This document shows, in pieces, positions 26,477-41,224 of a DNA stretch of 64,000 nt (positions are counted from its first letter, which is position 1; every line of letters starts with the position of its first letter). The translations under genes were made by a program, and so were the position numbers. Source of the stretch: Haliotis cracherodii (taxonomy: Eukaryota). The notes beneath the pieces were generated by a model. It was given only the letters and a program-made list of their open reading frames with translations. It was not told where the DNA came from and searched no databases. The DNA is taken from contig NW_027266284.1 of the NCBI RefSeq assembly GCF_022045235.1, positions 3,472,001-3,536,000 on the forward strand, read 5' to 3'.

Positions 26477-26949
26477 CTGCGATCACCACCATCTGCCCGT
26501 TTATCCCTGGTTAACGCATTCCTTTAAAGTTCAGAAGTTTAACATGGATCGTGAGATTACATGTACTCAATTCTTATTGATCACTTCCAAATGAGAAATT
26601 AATGATTAAAGTGACTGAGGGTGGCTTATTTTTTATAAATCGTTGTGGGTTTTCGAATCTTACGTATATTAGGATCAAGTTCAAAAGACTCCAAAATGAC
26701 ACACACAGTCGTCTAAAGCGCCACTATTCACTGTGTGAGCTGTAGGTTCGAGTCACTGGTTATGGGTTGGAATCCCATCTTCGCCCTGATTATGTATTTA
26801 TATTTGTCAGCACCATACACATGTATACACATGGACCACTGGTATTTTCCTTAACTCACAATATCATAGTAATTGTTTGAATTTTTATTCTATTGAAGTT
26901 GAAATGGACTATAAAAGCCATAAGAATAATCATTTGTATCATAAAAACC

Positions 26950-27092
26950 GTGATGTCATCGTATCCCAATTGTGTGGGGCGATGCTCATGATGTCAATCA
27001 CTGGATTGTCTGGTCCAGACACGATATTTACAGACCGCCGTCATATAGCTGAAATATTGCAGAGTGCGGCGCTAAACAACACACAAACAAAC
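26950..27092 (+). mobile_element. SINE family A, 5'-truncated copy
   Basis: CATCGTATCCCAATTG...CACTGGATTGTCTGGTCCAGAC...GAAATATTGCAGAGTGCGGCGCTAAACAAC. Confidence 0.8.
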
Positions 27093-30000
27093 CTGTTCAC
27101 GTTTGTGTGATTTTCTACCTTAAGTCCGAAGATTTAATGTGTAAAAGTATATTGAAGCCAAACATGAATATTATGATATCAGCATAAATGTATGGAAAAT
27201 AAACTTCACCAAATACGTTTTTGTTGAGTATATTATTATCCTATCCTATCTTGGAGTGGAGTGACAAAATATCAGTGACTGTTTTGCACTGACCATTCAA
27301 GCTCTATGTACACTCTGACGTCAAGATATTACTTAGGCGCATGCTCCACCTCTGTGTTTTTTAGGTAAACAAACGAGCTTTTGAAACACCGATTTGCAGA
27401 TTTCACTGAACACGTAAGTGCATATTTGTAATCTGATTGGAAAACAATGAAGAAGTTTGTACACGATTATCCTGAGCAGCATTCCGTAGTGGATCGAACC
27501 AGCACGCCATCACAGCTTCTTTCCATGGTACACCCAAGGAGGCACTTAAGAATTCCAAAGTAAAACTTTACATTCTCGTCCTGAAATCTACTTATTTTGG
27601 GAGATTGGGAATAGGAGTTCTCAAAATACAACCAGTTTTTACAATTAGAAAATACGTTTCTTTTGTGCAGTATGTTAGCTCAGAAAATACAAGCCTTTAA
27701 ACTTATTATAGGTGAATCCGAATGTGTACTGCAAGTTGAGAAAATTGATCGATTGTATGTACACGCTAGTGAGAGGGTTGTGAGACAATTACATTGCCGT
27801 TCCGTCGATTTCTAGACAATTTACATAGTATTAGTTCTGTAGTGTCGGGTCGTCTTTATCTGGGTCCATGTTACGTACGCAATTGGTAATTAATTGTAAG
27901 TATACAGTGTCAGTATGTAAACTGTAGGCTTCCTCTGCAGCCATGTACCTATCTTCCTTCATGGCATACTTCTGGAAACTCTCTCACCATCTGTATCTCG
28001 AAATTCTTAATTTTACACGCTACACATCAATCATAACGTGGGGGAAGGCGTCAAAATAATCAAAAGTTAAATGCTAAAAATTGTCTCAGCTATTTTTTTG
28101 TTATACTTATAAACTGCCTGGCAAAAGAAATTATACACTTGAAAATTGGATTTGAGGAAAACATTACAAACGTTATCAAAACGTTACTAGGCTGAAATAG
28201 CCGCCCACACACTGCAAACGTCGGGTCCAAAACAAGTTTAAATAGCAATGCTCATCTTACCAGTAACTTTTAATGTCCGTTTTGATGTTGTTGCTTATAA
28301 GTTGGGCATATGTTCGGACACCGCCTGATCCATGCCAGCAGAAAGTGTGGTACCTTCAAACTCAAAGACACTTCTTTACGTGTACTTTGTTGCGATGTTA
28401 ATAAGTTCAGTCGCCAATTATTATATTAAATGAATTCTAGTCCACATTGGCGACTTACTTACTTTTGAAGTGAAAATAAAGACGTCAATTTGTACTTCCC
28501 TCTTAAACTTTAAACTGCTAATTAGGTATGCAAATATCCCAACATTTCACAACAGGGCGTGTAAAGAAAAACAACAACTTTGCAGTATTTGAATTTAAAG
28601 ATGAATATAAAAAATATATAAAAAATACAAAAAAAAGTTTTAGAAAGCTTTTTGGGTCCAACTTCAGTCCAACTAAACACAGTTACACTTTATGTCTGTT
28701 TGTCTGTTTTAGTCACGTGGTTCTGAACATCACAAAGTCAAGAAAAGAATATTGTCAAAGCTGCTTTTGCCTTTAAGCGTAAAAACACATATCTTGTAAC
28801 ATTTTGTCTTCTAGACTTGAACAAATCACAGAAGCCATCCCACCTATCTAGGAATGTGAACGGAGAAGGAAACATCAAGTTTGAATACACGAATACTGAT
28901 GTGTGAATTTTATATGTGATATCCGACGACACCTGTCATATTAGCACTATAATTACATAACGTTTCTTATTGTAGGATTAACATGAACATGTCAAATATT
29001 GATGCTTGGAGAATTTGTGAGATCGGGAATGTGTTGGTGGGTGGGTGACACAAGGATTGGTTAAGACATTGAAGATCAAAGGAGGACATATGTTTCAAAC
29101 ATCACGTCCACAGAACAAGCGTCACTCTTCACATACTTGCAGAAAAACCACAAGATGCTGTTGGAGTCGCGCTAACACATTGTTTATACGCTCCCGGCGC
29201 TGACCACAATACTTAATCATCTGACCAGCATGGTCAGGCAACTGATACATCCCTCAAAGAGATTAGATTAATATTGCAGCGTTAATCTGCTGATTGCAAG
29301 GCAGGACATCGCAGAACTCTGACACCACATACTTACCTCCAAGGTACACACCGCGGACTTAGTGTGCAGGAGGGCGACCACAAGTCGGAGAGAATGTTTG
29401 TGGTGTTCACTGTAGTGTGTTTTATTGATAATGCACATCGCCTTAAGCGAAAGTTATATATTTGTGAATAGGTGTGACAATAATAGTTTGTGACGTCATG
29501 AATTTCAAAATAAATTAGAAAACATGAAGACCCGTCTCCGAGTGCAAACTGATCGCGTGACGGTTACTTGGTGAATGCAGATGTCACATGGTGGTTGCCA
29601 TAACGCGTGACGTGTATTCTCTCAGCGACATTGTGGTATCGAGCCGAGCCTTGTTTTGAAAGCATTGTTCTTTGAATGATACTGCATGAAGTCAATAGAT
29701 GCTGCCATCATGGCATTCAAAGTGTGTTACTCGAAACTGTATGCTAATGACCTGGTACACCAAATGAACTTAATTGTATAGTGTTGAAGGAATATTGTCC
29801 TTTCATACAAGCACGCAAAAAGAAAATACTTCACGTACACTAAATTTATTTTAACATAATACGATGTCAAGATGTTGCAAAACGTTGACCGTATCTGCCC
29901 ATCACACAAATAAACTTGAGAGATGTATATTTAGAACAGGGCAATTGGAATAAAAACCCATTTCTCGTCATTTCTGTTTTATTCTGACTTTAACACAACT

Positions 30001-30650
30001 GCCCGTATTTTACCACGGAGTCTTTTTCTTTGCTTCATGCTATGCTAGCGAATTTTCAGCATTTTGAGAAACAAATGTTTTAAAATGGCGACCTGTTCAT
30101 TTTGATAATTAGTTTATGATGAGAAACACTGAATATTGTTTTTATGTCCTTAGCTTTGCCGAATTCTCAATTTCATAATTGAAACTGTCTACCGAGATAT
30201 CAATATTTGATGAGTCTCAAGGTAAATACTGTTTCCATCTCCCGTTCAGGGCGTATCATTGCGATTGGCATTTCTGTACCACTTTCCTAACAACTGACCC
30301 AGACACAACTGTCAAAAGCCGTCAGCTGAACAGACCTGGAATCTCCTGGGATAGTAGATAATATATGTAATCAGCACCACTGACTCTTTCCTCGAGCTGT
30401 TTAATTTTCATTTATACATTACCCGAGTTGAAGCCTTCGGGGAACCTGCCGACGACTACCAAAGCTTTCCTCGGGGTTACAGCGGACTGAGAAGTATTGC
30501 TACAAACAGCAACTTCTGCGCGGGGTCATCTTTATGTCTTCATATGTCCAGATCCAGGGTCCACGGGTCCTATTAGTGGTTTTAGTTTGATAAAAGTATA
30601 ATCAATGAAAGAGTAACATGATCAAATACTTACTTTTCATTATTATTACA

Positions 30651-30895
30651 CCCGTGAAGATCCGGGTTTCAGTAACACATGCTTGCCGTGAAAGGCGACT
30701 ACGCTTGCCGTTAGAGGCGACTAACGGGATTGGGTGGTCAGGTTCGCTGACTTGGTTGATTCATGTCATCGTATACCGTATCACGATGTCAGTCACTGGA
30801 TTGTTTGGTCCAGACACGATTATTTACAGACCGCCGTCATAGAGCTGGAATATTGTTAAGTGCAGCGTTAAAAGAACAAACAAACAAACAAAAAC
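30651..30895 (+). mobile_element. SINE family A copy
   Basis: CCCGTGAAGATCCGGG head, doubled GCTTGCCGT..AGGCGACTA module, (AAAC)n tail. Confidence 0.85.
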
Positions 30896-31689
30896 TTATC
30901 CTATTTAGAGGCAAGTCACTCCAATCACATGAGATCTGCGGATAATGCCCTTGCGTTTACAGAGGGAGAAGATGGACTCTATAGGCCTTCTTTTCTATTT
31001 TTAAAAATGAAATTTTAATCAAATTCAAATCTCAAAATATAACTTCTCCTTTTCAGTTTGGAGGGAAATAGTTGTTTTAGTTGTTTTACAGCAAATTGAC
31101 AGGAAAAGAGATATCTGACGTGTGGTACCAATATATCAAGCTATCCTGGTCCTGGTCATATCCTGGTGACTTGGTGCACTTCGCGAGGTAAGGTCCGACT
31201 TATTACAATATAGATGAGGTCGTCTTGACTGGGCGCCGCCATTTTATTTGGAGGTTATGCGAGTTGGGTCAATCGGAGAGACATAGAAGGGACATCACTC
31301 GTAATAGCCACTGGTGGCGCTACGATCGAGCCACGAAGTTCAAGCCTAGTTCGTCAAGGGCGGAAACTGGTGGTAGTAAGCAATCGTTCAGATAACATGA
31401 AGGAGACATGAAGGAGTATACGTTGCCAGGAAACTTAATGATGGTAAGAAGAAAAGAAAAGACAATAACGTCATGCTATGTATTAAAACCTTAAGCAGAC
31501 ACTTTCATTTCTGAAACAAGAAATACTCGTTTAATATAAAAAAATCTTCATGACAGTATGCTAAAATGATTTAAAATCATAGAACTAAATATGTTTAAGC
31601 TATTCATTCTAAAGTACATAATATTTTCCAGGTGAATAGGCAAAATGTTACTCTGCCCGTTGCAGGAGCCATACCCTATGTTGGGGGAC

Positions 31690-33600
31690 AGCACTTCTGA
31701 GAACATTTAATTAGGTAGTGTTCCACAGTTTCAGAAGTCTCAAAATTGCAATGGCCACGCTTAGAAGAGACCATCCTATCAGTGTTACTCGTGTAGACAT
31801 TAAGCCCACAGCGTCCAAGTCGTAGTTGTGTCAAAATGACCTCATCACGCCCTTTATGGCGGCCAATTTTATGAACAGAGTTTACAGATGGCCTACGTTT
31901 GTTCTTATGTCGGCCGGTACTGCCAGCATTCCACCATTGTTGCCAACTTATTGAAAGAGATTTCGATAAATCTTTAGGGCTTAGTCGAAAATCTAATACA
32001 TCATCTTCAGGATTTTATAATCCAGATTTGGACAATTGTCTGCGATTTTATTCCCATGTATTCCAACATGCTGGAACCCAAACAATATCGCATGCTATGT
32101 ACTTCCTGTTTAGAAAGGTATCTGATTGTAATATCTCATGAACAATGTCATCTCTAGGTCCATTTATACCAGCTTCTATAGCATTAATTGCTGCTGCCAT
32201 GGAATCTGTAATACTCATTGCTTCATGGCCATTTACCCATCTGAGGGCTTGAAAAATGGACAAAAGTTCAGCTGCAAAAAATGACAGATAATCAGGGAAT
32301 ATCATCAGTGTATACATGTGTGAAATTATAATAACGTTCAGACAGAAAGTCTTCAGATATTACTTTTATTATGTTTTGGACCATTCTCATATTTACAATT
32401 AAATAGTGTTGACAACTCCAGGCTTGAGCAGGAGCCACTGAACAGCTGAAAACAATTGCAAAGTCGATTCTGAGCAGCCAATCGCTGTATGTTCAACCCA
32501 GACGGAATTTTGTCATGAGACCTGTCACACATGACATATTCCCACGCAGTCATTTACAACCCCTATGAATTCTTGGTTCTTACACACATGGCGACCATCG
32601 CCAGGTCAAGATAAGACCAGGGTCTTGTGAAACAATGACATGGTTGGACATCTGGACATCTCTGGAACTTTGGTTAAATACCAGCGCTCAAATCAAAGTA
32701 AATATCACGAAACGTCAGGCTGTGCTTGGATAGCAATTCAGAAGTAACTACCCATTACATTTTATAATTATTTATTAATTATTTTTCTCACGAAAATATA
32801 CAAAGCATATTCCATCGTTTTAAATCTTCCAGAATGAACTTAAGCGGGAGTTTAGACAGATTTAGAAACATTTGGTCATCATGTCATACACTCTTTCTGT
32901 AACACGGAAGACATTGTTTGTTTTCTGTTTGTAAAAAAAATATGAAATGCAACAAATAAAACACAATAACACTATAGTTTTTGAAATACGCTTTAACATA
33001 TTGACGATCTTGTTACATGTACTGTACAAATGTGTTATATGGTGTGACCATGTAATTCTGATCAACTCTGATCAACACTGACACTATTTCCCATTTATAG
33101 TGCCCGAGACTTAGAATAATATCGTCTTGTGATCATCATCGTTACTGATTTTGATTGGGATATCTTAAATCCCCAGTTTGAACACCAGGCACTGATTTTA
33201 CTTCAGCAGTTGGGATAGAGTCCAAGACAATTGCCAATGATGCTGGAAGCGATGGGTGTTTTCCTGGTTTTGGTACTGGAAGTATTACAGCATGTCTCCA
33301 GGTTTTAGGCATGGAACAACTTAAATCAAGAATAAATCAAGAATAAATCCCGAATAACATGTAGAGCAGAATCTGCCATATGCTTAAACATGTCATGCCA
33401 TAGTTCATCTGCACCAGGTGACGAGTGATGTGTTCTTGCTATCACTGCTTTAAGTGAGTGAGTGAGTGAACGCAGCTACTTTCCAACATGGCAGAAAAGG
33501 TTGTTTCAAAGACTTGTTTATATTCTCTTAAATCTGAACTGCTGACAGATTTCAATTGTTCAACAAGAGCATTAGACTTTTGTAATTAGTTTTCCAGAGT
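31690..33600 (-). mobile_element. Decayed RNase H-containing non-LTR retrotransposon (I/Nimb/Ingi-like) ORF2 remnant
   Basis: RT-proximal SSPGADEL...WRHAVILPVPKPGK (about 33260-33425); RNase H AELLSIFQAL...ITDS...WVP(A)HVGIHGNKIAD (about 32030-32290); C-terminal QLRLGRCGL...ETVEHYL..C; many stops and frameshifts. Confidence 0.8.
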
Positions 33601-34852
33601 CCCATTACCGGTAAAGGCGGTCGAATATTTGTCCCACTGATCGTCTACACCTGGTCATGATATTAGTGAATCTATTGATATTTGAAACATATTCTCGCCA
33701 GTTTGACCGTTAAGTAAGACGAATGATACGTTGGAACATGGATAGTTTTTTACGGCAGTCAAATCACATGGCAGTGAAGAGTGACAAACCTCATTATATT
33801 CTTTTCTTGCGATGTTCGCCTTTTTGCAGTTATCATTCCACTAAGACTTTGGAGAGAAAGACGATTTATTTCATAGATACGTTTCCAATGGTTACCATTT
33901 TAATTATTTGTGTTATGACATTTTTGTGATGTGTTCAGAGCATATATACGAAAAACAGTTCCTATCAACCTTCTTGAATTTCCACCGAGGGACACAGGTG
34001 GAGACTTGACTGTTACAGTCATGTCACTCCCTTACCTTTAGAAGATGATCCTGGTCTGTCTTGACGAGCGGTTCAGAAGATTGGTAACTTCCTCAAGTCA
34101 CATAGTCCAAATCATCATTCATGATCATTGCAGTATTATCAACACATTTCTGTGATCACAGTTACGTGTTCCCTTAAGTATATATTTATAGATGTCATGG
34201 TAGTTTTTGAAGAAATAGAGTCAGAATTAGTAATTGCAATGCTTTGCTATTTGGAAATGAATGTGTTGTGATGTGACCATTAACATTTGTTTTCGGTTTA
34301 TGTAAATCTAAAGATGATGGACAAAAAGTTCAATGTTATCAGAAAGACGGAGGCGTCGTTGTAGGTATGATGACGCTAGTGGATATGCTATACTATACTA
34401 TACTATAGCTGTGAGACAACGGACGCAAACGAGACACTGTGGAATTCCTCCTAAATAAGTTAGGAGTTTGTTTAATATCTAACCCAGGGACATCATGTAT
34501 TTCCCTTGTGAATGATATAGCCTTCGGCCATGATGGCTGCCAATCTGACATCGCCTTGTGACCGCTGTATTATCACCTTACAGGGGCTACTGTTGCTGTT
34601 ACTGACTTAATTTCCAATATCCCTCGCATCAGGTTTGCCTTTCATCCTGTTTTATAAACCAAGGAATACCTCATGCGTTCGTAATGCACCAAATGCGCAA
34701 TTCCATACCGAAATAGTTCTTCACAGTCAAATGATGTTCCCATTTCTCCGTCACGAAAAGAAAGTGATTTATTTTATACATCCACCTACATATTGGAGCG
34801 GAGAGAAGTGGAGTGGAGTGGGAGGCAGAAGTAGAGTGGAGTGGAGCGCAGG

Positions 34853-34856
34853 GTGT

Positions 34857-34887
<31 letters not shown>

Positions 34888-34907
34888 GGGGGGGGTAGGG
34901 GGGGGGA
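34853..34907. repeat. (TG)n microsatellite followed by poly-G
   Basis: Seen directly. Confidence 0.95.
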
Positions 34908-35227
34908 TGGGTGCTTGTAGGAGTGGAGCGGAGTGAAGACTGTGTGAAGCCCGATGTTGGCGTATTATGGCTGGTATAAATGCTAAAAATGGTAAAGGCC
35001 CGTTCACTCACTCACTCACTCCTTCACTCATTTCTTTCACATATCTTTCACGTATCTCATCACAAAAATATGTATGGCAATATTGCATGAATATATCAGT
35101 AACTTTATCAGATAATTGCACAGCGAAAAGTGTTGATGTATAAATTTAGTTTGGACCAATAAAACAACAAAGAAATGAACAGAGAGTACAGGTGTGGTAA
35201 AAACGTTGTGGCCATCGACTACATCCG

Positions 35228-35391
35228 GTACTTGATCTGGTGATGCCGTCAAGTGTCTGACCGTCTCACTTTCCTGCTTAGACTCAGGACGTGCCCTCCA
35301 GTGTGAAGTATGTACTTGATCTGGTGATGTCGTCAAGTGTCTGACCGTCTCACTGTCCTGCTTAGATTCAGAACGTGCCCTCCAGTGTGAA
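35228..35391. repeat. 84-bp direct duplication
   Basis: GTACTTGATCTGGTGATG... at 35228 and 35312. Confidence 0.9.
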
Positions 35392-35689
35392 ATATCTAGT
35401 ATATAACTCAGTAATCAACCTTTCAGACAAGACATGGGGTTATCGTCATGTGGGTAACACAAGTTAATCAGACTGCCATAGTATGTTTGAAGCAATGAAC
35501 GTCTGGGACAAACTGTACACTTGGAACCAGTTCTGCCCGGGATCCTAATATATTCTTATATACACGGTGGACGCTCGGGGAGGCATGACAGGGATACGCT
35601 TTCAAGCATCCAACGATATACACCTGGTTAGTCGATAAAACGTCAGGGTGGATGTATTATCAACGCCATCAAGTATTCTAAAAAAGACC

Positions 35690-36950
35690 CTGTATACATC
35701 AGGTAATGTGACGTTAGGGTATGTTACCAACTCCATTCAAGTATTCTGCTAGAATCCCCGATATACAGCTGGTAATTCGATGTCAGGGTGTATTATCAAC
35801 TTCATTCAAGTATCCTGCTAGAATCCCAGATATACAGCTGGTAATTCGATGTCAGGGTGTATTATCAACTCCATTCAAGTATCCTGCTAGAATCCCCGAT
35901 ATACAGCTGGTAATTCGATATCAGGGTCTATTATCAACTCCATTCAAGTATTCTGCTAGAATCCCCGATATACAGCTGGTAATTCGATGTCAGGGTGTAT
36001 TATCAACTCCATTCAAGTATCTTGCTAGAATCCCCGATATACAGTTGGTAATTCGATGTCAGGGTGTATTATCAACTCCATTCAAGTATCTTGCTAGAAT
36101 CCCCGATATACAGCTGGTAATTCGATGTCAGGGTGTATTATCAACTCCATTCAAGTATTCTGCTAGAATCCCCGATATACAGCTGGTAATTCGATGTCAG
36201 GGTGTATTATCAACTCCATTCAAGTATCTTGCTAGACTCCCCGATATACAGCTGGTAATTCAATGTCAGGGTGTATTATCAACTCCATTCAAGTACCCTG
36301 CTAGAATACCAGATATACAGCTGGTAATTCAATGTCAGGGTGTATTATCAACTCCATTCAAGTATTCTGCTAGACTCCCCGATATACAGCTGGTAATTCG
36401 ATGTCAGGGTGTATTATCAACTCCATTCAAGTATTCTGCTAGACTCCCCGATATACAGCTGGTAATTCGATGTCAGGGTGTATTATCAACTCCATTCAAG
36501 TATCTTGCTAGAATCCCCGATATACAGCTGGTAATTCGATGTCAGGGTGTATTATCAACTCCATTCAAGTATCTTGCTAGACTCCCCGATATACAGCTGG
36601 TAATTCGATGTCAGGGTGTATTATCAACTCCATTCAAGTATCTTGCTAGACTCCCCGATATACAGCTGGTAATTCAATGTCAGGGTGTATTATCAACTCC
36701 ATTCAAGTATCCTGCTAGAATACCAGATATACAGCTGGTAATTCGACATCAGATTGTATTATCAACTCAATCGAGTATTCTGCTAGCACCCCCGATATAC
36801 AGTTGGTAATTCGATGTCAGGGTGTATTATCAACTCCATCGAGTATTCTGCTAGGACCCCCGATATACAGCTGGTAATTCGATGTCAGGGTGTATTATTA
36901 ACTCCATCGAGTATTCTGCTAGAACCTCCGATATATAGTTGGTAATTCGA
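35690..36950. repeat. 69-bp minisatellite, about 18 copies
   Basis: ATTCGATGTCAGGGTGTATTATCAACTCCATTCAAGTATTCTGCTAGAATCCCCGATATACAGCTGGTA; source of the 362-aa ORF. Confidence 0.97.
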
Positions 36951-37723
36951 CTGTACGTCAAGGGTGTATTTACAAATTACCCCGTCCTATTCCAGATCTG
37001 TCACATTAGTCGCGTGTAAAATGTACAACGTGTAGTATGTACACCGACAGCCTTAGGTGACCCCACGGCTAAAAACTCAAGGACGGTCTCCCTGATGGTC
37101 CACTCCACTTCTATGAAGTGTAGCAGTCATTACTGGAGACGTGGAGGTGAGGAGCGATGTCACGGGACCGTCACGGGATCCATGTATTACAGAAACCGTT
37201 GCGTGACATCAGCTGCCGCCAGCCATCAATCGTGTTTATTAACTAATATTGCCCAGTCACGGCTTGTGATGGGGCTGCGTTGCGGGCTGCTGCAGAAGCT
37301 GGAGGCAGTGATGATGTAACTGTCCTCTGTACCTGGGGCGCGTCCCAGGGGAAAGATGTTATCTCAGTATTTCATTACAATATTTGCTGAGATGTCAGAA
37401 TTGAAGTGACTCACCTTTTTCATACCTTAATAGTATCAAAATATAGAGCGAGGAGCTGATCCCAGTGGGTATTAATTGAATGGATGTCAAAGGCTACGTG
37501 GTCGAGTTATAATTATCAAACAAAGTAATCAAACTTTTCATTAGTGAAAGTCCATTTTAGGTAAAACAAGGACAGATTGATGGTTGAGCCGCTTTGAACC
37601 GTACTTTAGATACAGAATGGCGTGTCAGCTTAATGTGGGAGGAAAGCCCAAAGAGCCTCAAGTCAAAGATATTTATTACTATCGTGAAATCCACGAGTTT
37701 TAGACCGCCTTCGTGATCTTTTT

Positions 37724-38050
37724 GTAGAGCGTCTGCCCGGAGAGCGGAGGGTCGGGGTTCGATCCCGGCCGCGTCATACAAAAAGACGTTTTAAAATGGT
37801 AATTGATGTTACCATGCCGGGCGCTCGGCTTTAAGGAGGTAAAAAAAAGACTGGTCGGGTCGAGGCCAGTATACTGTGTCTGAGTGGGGTATTCATGTTA
37901 AATTGCGGCATGGTATCTCAGTGAGTTAGCACTAGAAAATCGGCCTTAGTCCGGACTAGTACAAGCAGCCGCACACACACGAGCCCGTATGCACGTCGCT
38001 ATATCAGTGCAATAATCTTGAACGCGACGCTAAATCCCATTTCACCTCAC
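37724..38050 (+). mobile_element. tRNA-derived SINE, family C
   Basis: GTAGAGCGTCTGCCCGG...GGGGTTCGATCCCGGCCGCGTCATAC (A/B boxes), central body, 3' end ...GCAATAATCTTGAACGCGACGCTAAATCCC-(TCACC). Confidence 0.7.
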
Positions 38051-41000
38051 TTTCACCTCATCGCGAGTATTAGCATGGTCCTGTGAACCCACTGATCCTT
38101 TTCAGGCCGAATCTGGGATTCGAACCCACAATCCACGGATCCTGGCACGAGCTAAGAGCATAAGATAGCTGTACCCAGAAGGATGGTAGTGTAAATTTAT
38201 TGCCTCGGATTTAAGAAATTACGCAATATGTCAGTCCGAAGTGAGGCTGGAAGTTTGTACAGAGACTACAAACTAGTATTTCTTTAGCTACGACTGCAAA
38301 ACCCGATATTTTAAAAAATTAAAACTTTGAGCCTATTTTTTATTTTTTAAAACCCTGCTTACAACAGTGTAATTTTGGTGGTAGACAATGTATGTTTTTA
38401 AACAGTCTGAAGCATAAATATTTTAAGCATTTTCTGAGATAATTTACTTCTTTGGACAACATACCCAGCACGTGATAATATATCCCTGGTAAAATCGACC
38501 CCCTGCCCCTCGGGTTTACGGTCACTTTTACAACAGTCACAAAGCAGGAATAACTCGCCAACTTCATTGAACCTTGAACGGATGAAAGTGCACCTAAAAT
38601 CTGTCATTTTCAAGTTCTCGGTAAAATAAACCAATCACAATTATAAAAAACGTGGGCCATTTCACTCGTGAATAACCAACAAGTTGGGAGCGGGCCTCGT
38701 TTCCCACGTTTTGAGACACTCACCCAAGCTTCATTGGCTTTCTATCATCTGCTGAAAACAGACCCAAACGATTTTCTTCACAACTTTGCACGCAATGATC
38801 TACGTGTTTTGACAAAATAAATTGAATTCAAAAGAATTAAATGCCACGCTCGCCTGACCTATCAGTATCAAAATTTCCTTTGAAAGAAATGGCAATAATG
38901 TGACTGTGGGTGTCTTGCATGGCACCTAATTGCCAACAAGGTGGCAGCGTGGAACCCTCACAGACACATATTAGGGCGAAACAATTCACAATAAAGAAGA
39001 CCATGCCTCACATTAATAAACTCAAGTTGGCAGTTAGCTTTGATCCCCGACATTAGCGTCACAAACCACCTCCTCGCACCTCGGCTGAAGTACCGAGACC
39101 TTGAGTAGAGATTTGCTGGCTCGAATCAACAGATATCAACCATCTTCAACGACCACCCGCCATGGTAGCAGTGAAACTAGCAGTTAGACCCACGGGACAC
39201 GGTCAACGGTAAAATGGGTTCTGTGACAGCCATTGTCTATAATGGTATTTTGATACCCAGCTGATTAGATTACAGCTGGTCCCATCTGAATCTAAACAAG
39301 GTGTATTCTCACATGGTCGTGAAGAATTGTGTCCACCCTAGATGATGTGATCAGCAGGGTGAGACAGTGCGTCTAGGAGCCTGGCTGAATGTTATCATCC
39401 CCGAGCACTACCACTGAGGTTGTACTTGTTTAGCGTGGCGTTCAACGTTGAAAGACGATTTGTGGCACGAATCAACATTTACGAGAAGAATATGTTGACA
39501 GGTTTCAGGGAGGCAATAATGTTTTCTTCACGAGGTCACGTCACGATTAGAACTATGAAACATAAACCTCGTGTTTGCTACTTGCTTGCTCTTGCTCGCT
39601 CATGTCCGCTTACCTTGGTTTCAGCACTATTGTGTGGTAAATGAGGACACACGCATGTAGCAAGGCAACAAACATGCAATGAAAAGACTGTATATCCTTA
39701 TATTTGAAATTTATCCTAAACTGATGATGCTAATGTTGCAGACTGCTTGTTAGTAAGTGTAAGCTCCTATACTGATGTGAAAATGGCTTCAGTGTGTATG
39801 GTTCTTATGCTGAAATATCACAACGGGGGACACCAGAAATGGGCTACACCCTTGTGAGTAGCAAACCCCGTATAATCCATGCATGGGATATAACTTTGTG
39901 TCATATTGTCGTATCAAGCGTATTCCTTGTATAAGCTACGCGTGTCATATCAATAATATTCATTGTAAAGCCCTAATCGTGTGATATCAATCAAATTCAT
40001 TCTTGGTATAGCCTAAGTATCTGATACCAATCCTATTCCTGGTATAGTCTAAACATGTTGTTTCAATCCTTTTCATGTTATAGCCTATGTAAGTAATATC
40101 AATCCTAATTATGGTATAGCAGACTAATATGATCTCCACCCATTGGGCCATGCCTGGAATAACCTTGCGATGCGGCCATGTGGGAATTTGACCCATGAGA
40201 CCTAAACCCCTATTTCGTATTCACACATCGTGGATGAAATACACCATCTTAGCAAATCATACATCATCTCCGAAAATATATCATGATTTTTCTTAGAGTC
40301 ACAGTCATACGACTTAACAAACTGAAATAAAAAGTAATAAGAATTTAAAATCGTAAGTCGAACATCAGGACTAATATGTAAACTAAATAGATATTAAGTG
40401 GACAAATCAATGGGGAGAAGGTGGTTTGTTTAAGTTATGACATGGATACGAGCAAACCGCAGGGTGGGGGGTCGGGGGTGGGGGGGTCAGTTCAGCGTTG
40501 ACTGCTCTGTTCATACGTGCTATTGATTAGCCCAATTGATCAGCCACCACGTAAACCATCATTCAACCTGACAATTCGTATAAAGAGTTTCTAACGCTGT
40601 CCATATAGAAACAGTTCACACTCGGCTAAAGCACAATTCCATATTCCCCTTGCGTTTCAACCCAATTTCCTCAAAATCAAAATCATACTGATTTGAAGAT
40701 GCCGTGATCGAACTTACAGATGATTCAATTATATCAACTCTCTTGCATCACACAGGCCGCCTTGAAACGCTTCCCTACACTTTAATTAAAAATCTCAATT
40801 ATCAAACAAAAATGTCAAGACCCTGTCTTTGGAGTTTGATGGGTCATCACTGGTTTATTTCACCTGTCAATAGCTTCTGCTTGATGTGATAACACCAGTG
40901 AAAAATTATACTGTCAGTTGGCCACCTCACGACTGTAAAACCGCTCTGGCTAATATCAGTTGTGGGGATAATAGGATTAGTTGTGCTTCTTATATTAGCA

Positions 41001-41224
41001 ATTTCCCATTCAATTTCATTGTATTCTCCACTACCCTTTCATTAATGTTTTTTCATTGAGAAAATGATCATGGCTTCCTGTAAACAGCATCATTAATAGT
41101 ATTTGTGTGTTTAATCATTAAAACACTTCTAGTATCCTTCATCATAATGTAGAGCATCACTGTTATGACGTTATGGACAAGGGATACAGTGTTTTATAGT
41201 TTATAGTGTTTTATACTACACAGA

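Noticed and set aside
29040-29380. Possible SWIM-finger transposon-associated gene remnant
   Set aside because: Too degenerate; key Cys/His spacing cannot be recovered.
35721-36809. 362-aa repeat ORF
   Set aside because: Translation of the 69-bp array; no splice or domain evidence.
14222-38050. tRNA genes at the GGTTCGA motifs (4254, 14264, about 16630, 37756)
   Set aside because: No complete cloverleaf; each continues into SINE body sequence.
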